Below, piece after piece: positions 63,855 to 64,000 of a DNA stretch of 64,000 nt; positions within the stretch are counted from its first letter, which is position 1, and each line of letters opens with the position of its first letter. Under the pieces are notes generated by a model. The model was given only the letters and a program-made list of their open reading frames with translations. It made no database searches and was not told where the DNA came from. The position numbers and the translations under genes were made by a program. The DNA comes from Candidatus Hydrogenedentota bacterium (lineage in GTDB: Bacteria > Hydrogenedentota > Hydrogenedentia > Hydrogenedentales > JAJRTN01). The stretch spans positions 508 through 64,507 of the forward strand of contig JAJRTN010000123.1 of assembly GCA_024278275.1 (NCBI GenBank), written 5' to 3'.

Positions 63855-64000
63855 GGAATGCTTTCTGTTGTCGAGTAACCGGAAAGAAAGGCCAAAGGGC
63901 CATATTGTACGGTATTCCGCGGGACCACGCTACTTGTCGCCTGTAAAAAGAAGCAGGGAAGTATTCTCGGAATGGAGGACTTTTCACGTCTCATCCGCTC

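Overview
This is a 64-kb, high-G+C chromosomal segment. Hand counts on single 60-nt lines give about 65-68 % G+C in typical genes. It most likely comes from an uncultivated-type Gram-negative bacterium. The gene content (pseudopilins, HEAT and LamG proteins, CarboxypepD_reg repeats, alpha-2-macroglobulin with PBP1C) suggests a PVC-like lineage, but that is only a guess. I can support about 50 protein-coding genes, and no rRNA, tRNA or CRISPR array. The many long ORFs antisense to these genes are high-G+C artefacts. Recognisable content, in order: uppP (partial), typA, and an Rrf2 regulator divergent from a candidate Moco riboswitch that precedes moaA-moaC-(MOSC/MoaB fusion). Next come a CgeB-like glycosyltransferase/methyltransferase fusion and a YhaM-like nuclease. 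A lower-G+C two-gene islet follows (a P4H/ATP-grasp fusion plus a PqqD-like/TM/coiled-coil protein), bracketed by repeats and a possible group II intron relic. After that: a translationally coupled URO-D-like enzyme with a sugar ABC importer, a methyltransferase/RNase D-like exonuclease fusion with a DUF151 nuclease, hemE, a DUF1460 protein, a heparinase II/III-like protein, a LamG surface protein and ychF. A 1921-aa thioester alpha-2-macroglobulin with PBP1C sits back-to-back with a 9-gene minus-strand cluster: DUF4097, ECF sigma, putative anti-sigma, a roughly 1000-aa CarboxypepD_reg repeat protein split by one in-frame TAA, and two ABC ATPase/ABC-2 permease pairs. The remainder holds rlpA-like, cinA and an SDR gene; an orphan pseudopilin operon; an isopropylmalate/tartrate dehydrogenase-family gene; an HTH-REC response regulator; gpsA, an epimerase and deoC; a PilZ protein; and an rlmD-like/LOG/giant spermidine-synthase-like operon. 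The last gene of that operon carries an in-frame TAG and an inserted GspE-N-like domain. Intergenic regions are colonised by at least two families of palindromic REP/MITE-like repeats. The most unusual items are the P4H/ATP-grasp islet, the two single in-frame stops inside otherwise intact conserved genes, the modified spermidine-synthase-like protein, and the ECF/CarboxypepD_reg/double-ABC envelope cluster. All functional calls come from motif recognition by eye. No database search was run.
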